A stretch of 64,000 nt of DNA, from the NCBI GenBank assembly GCA_010015805.1, contig ML978128.1, forward strand, positions 930,001-994,000, in the 5' to 3' direction. How positions within the stretch are numbered: the first letter of the stretch is position 1; each line of letters opens with the position of its first letter. This document shows, piece after piece, positions 62,590 to 64,000 of the stretch. The notes below the pieces were generated by a model. That model saw only the letters and a list, made by a program, of their open reading frames with translations, had not been told where the DNA came from and ran no database searches. The stretch comes from Rhizodiscina lignyota. Its lineage: Eukaryota. The position numbers and the translations under genes are program-made.

Positions 62590-63814
62590 CTACGTATTCC
62601 TCTCTGCGATCTCTTTGACAAACTCTCCGAAAGTCAGATCTTTCTCTTCATCTACTACCACATCAAGATTTGGTTGCATGAACAGTGCAAGCGTGTTTCT
62701 AGCCACACCCTTGCACTCTCTCGGTGCACGCACGTAATGCGGCACCGCTTTGAAGGCGCCCTTCGTGATGAGCTCGAGCGCCTCTCCGGTTTGAAAGGCG
62801 AGACAGTCAGGCGGGATGCTGACTTTTACGATCGAAGAGGTTCGCGAGGCAATATACAGACCCGCCTGGGGATCCGGTGGTGTACTCAGAGTATTGAGAT
62901 TTTTGAGCTCCGGCGTACCGTTTGAGGTCATGATAGGTGGAAGAGGACCGGACTCGTCAATGTAGAGAGCGCTCGTCAAGGCGGTGAGGCAGCCATCGTC
63001 GAGATGAGTGGCGCACCAGTCATCATCGTCTTCTCGTGATCCATTTGATGCTGTTGCGTTTGTGGAACCGTTCACAGAGGACGATTCTGAAGGGAAATAG
63101 TGCAACAGCCTCGCCTTGTGTGTGATGCTCTTCTTCACCACCTCCTCAAGGAATCCTCCTCTGTATCCTTCCACGTGCTCCATTGCAAAAGAGTCGCATG
63201 CTTTTGCAACTGTTGATGCAAATTCCATGATCAGATCACACAGCTCCTCGAATACGGCTTTAAAGCCAGGGAGAAGCTCCTCCGCTGGCCAGAGACTTGG
63301 TGCGGTGTAGTCGTGAAACTGAACTTGATCCGCCACCGATTGCTCACGCAACGCCGACGTCTTCGAAACAGCAACATCTTCTGATGCGTATCGTAACCTG
63401 CATCCAATGTAGAAGGAGCCTTTGTGCGTGTCGTATGCTCCCGATTTCAACTTCTCTTTCCCATGACTCCAGCCTACGTTGTAATGAGTCTCAGGGCTCG
63501 TCAATAAATCTGGACCGTTAATTAGACCATGCTCTAGCCCAACTAAAGAGCCAGATATTACCGAGCTCCGCTTCCGGGAGCCGTGCTAGATACGATGCAT
63601 ATTGCAAGAGAGACTCGCGTAGACTTAGGAATCTGGAGGGAAGATCCTTTACGATCAAGATACCCAAACTGGACGGTCCGAATGCATCGACAAGCGAGGA
63701 TATTGGGACAGAGCCTGAGAATATAAATTAGTTCGACAATTTCGTCTGATGGACAAGAAGCTTCGAACCCCTTTTGAGATCTGCGAGGCTCACTGTAACA
63801 GGAGCACTTGACAT
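62590..63814 (-). CDS. 2-oxoglutarate/Fe(II)-dependent dioxygenase (DIOX_N type)
   Basis: AFGPSSLGILIV, GWSHGKEKL..D..KGSFY, ARLLHYF, WCATHLD (HxD), FQTGE, AVPHYV, RNTLA; two introns. Confidence 0.9.
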
Positions 63815-64000
63815 CTCGTCTACCTTACGCCAAGGTGCGAATCAGCCCATGGAATTGTGACCCTCACCACTCAACATCGTGATCTCATGTTCTGTGTCGC
63901 ACTGAGATTGCCATGCGATGTCGCTCCATCGTAGGTCATCTCCACACGGGAGCTGACAGCCGCGGATTTCGGGCCGGTTATTATCACAGCGATTGGTGTG

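Noticed and set aside
1..64000. Most short ORFs in the six-frame track
   Set aside because: Antisense or off-frame shadows of spliced genes, many starting at GTG/TTG, which is not expected in this eukaryotic context.
1..64000. tRNA, rRNA, CRISPR array, intact transposase or Starship captain
   Set aside because: GTTCGA words lack cloverleaf context; no regularly spaced repeats; no RT, DDE or tyrosine-recombinase motifs recognised.

Overview
Gene-dense, intron-containing euchromatin from a filamentous ascomycete (Pezizomycotina; Dothideomycete-like, not provable from sequence). Short GT-AG introns with CTRAY branch points occur throughout, so the ORF track fragments most genes and most short ORFs are antisense shadows. 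I can support about 26 protein-coding genes. Housekeeping or conserved genes: RCE1, a Gis2/CNBP zinc-knuckle protein, an F-box protein, Sae2/Ctp1, RNase H2A, a lysophospholipid acyltransferase, a FATP/Fat1-like acyl-CoA synthetase, an M1 aminopeptidase, BC10/BLCAP, Rcf2, an amino-acid permease, a nucleoside hydrolase and a 2OG-Fe dioxygenase. Accessory genes are interleaved: a 4-exon secreted crystallin-like protein, an AhpD/CMD protein, an intronless P450, a HET-domain gene, a Zn2Cys6 factor plus MFS pump pair, and several orphans. Short AT/TpA-rich RIP-like scars and decayed ORF relics are also present. Best leads: (1) a Ded1/Vasa-derived DEAD-box protein with all ATPase motifs eroded, a spliced C-terminal CCHC knuckle and an out-of-frame 5' exon; (2) a structured, H/ACA-like RNA in the long first coding intron of the Gis2 gene; (3) a FarA-motif/peroxisomal mini-cluster; (4) the hidden secreted protein. 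No rRNA, tRNA, CRISPR array or intact transposon was seen. Family assignments come from motif recognition by eye, not database searches.
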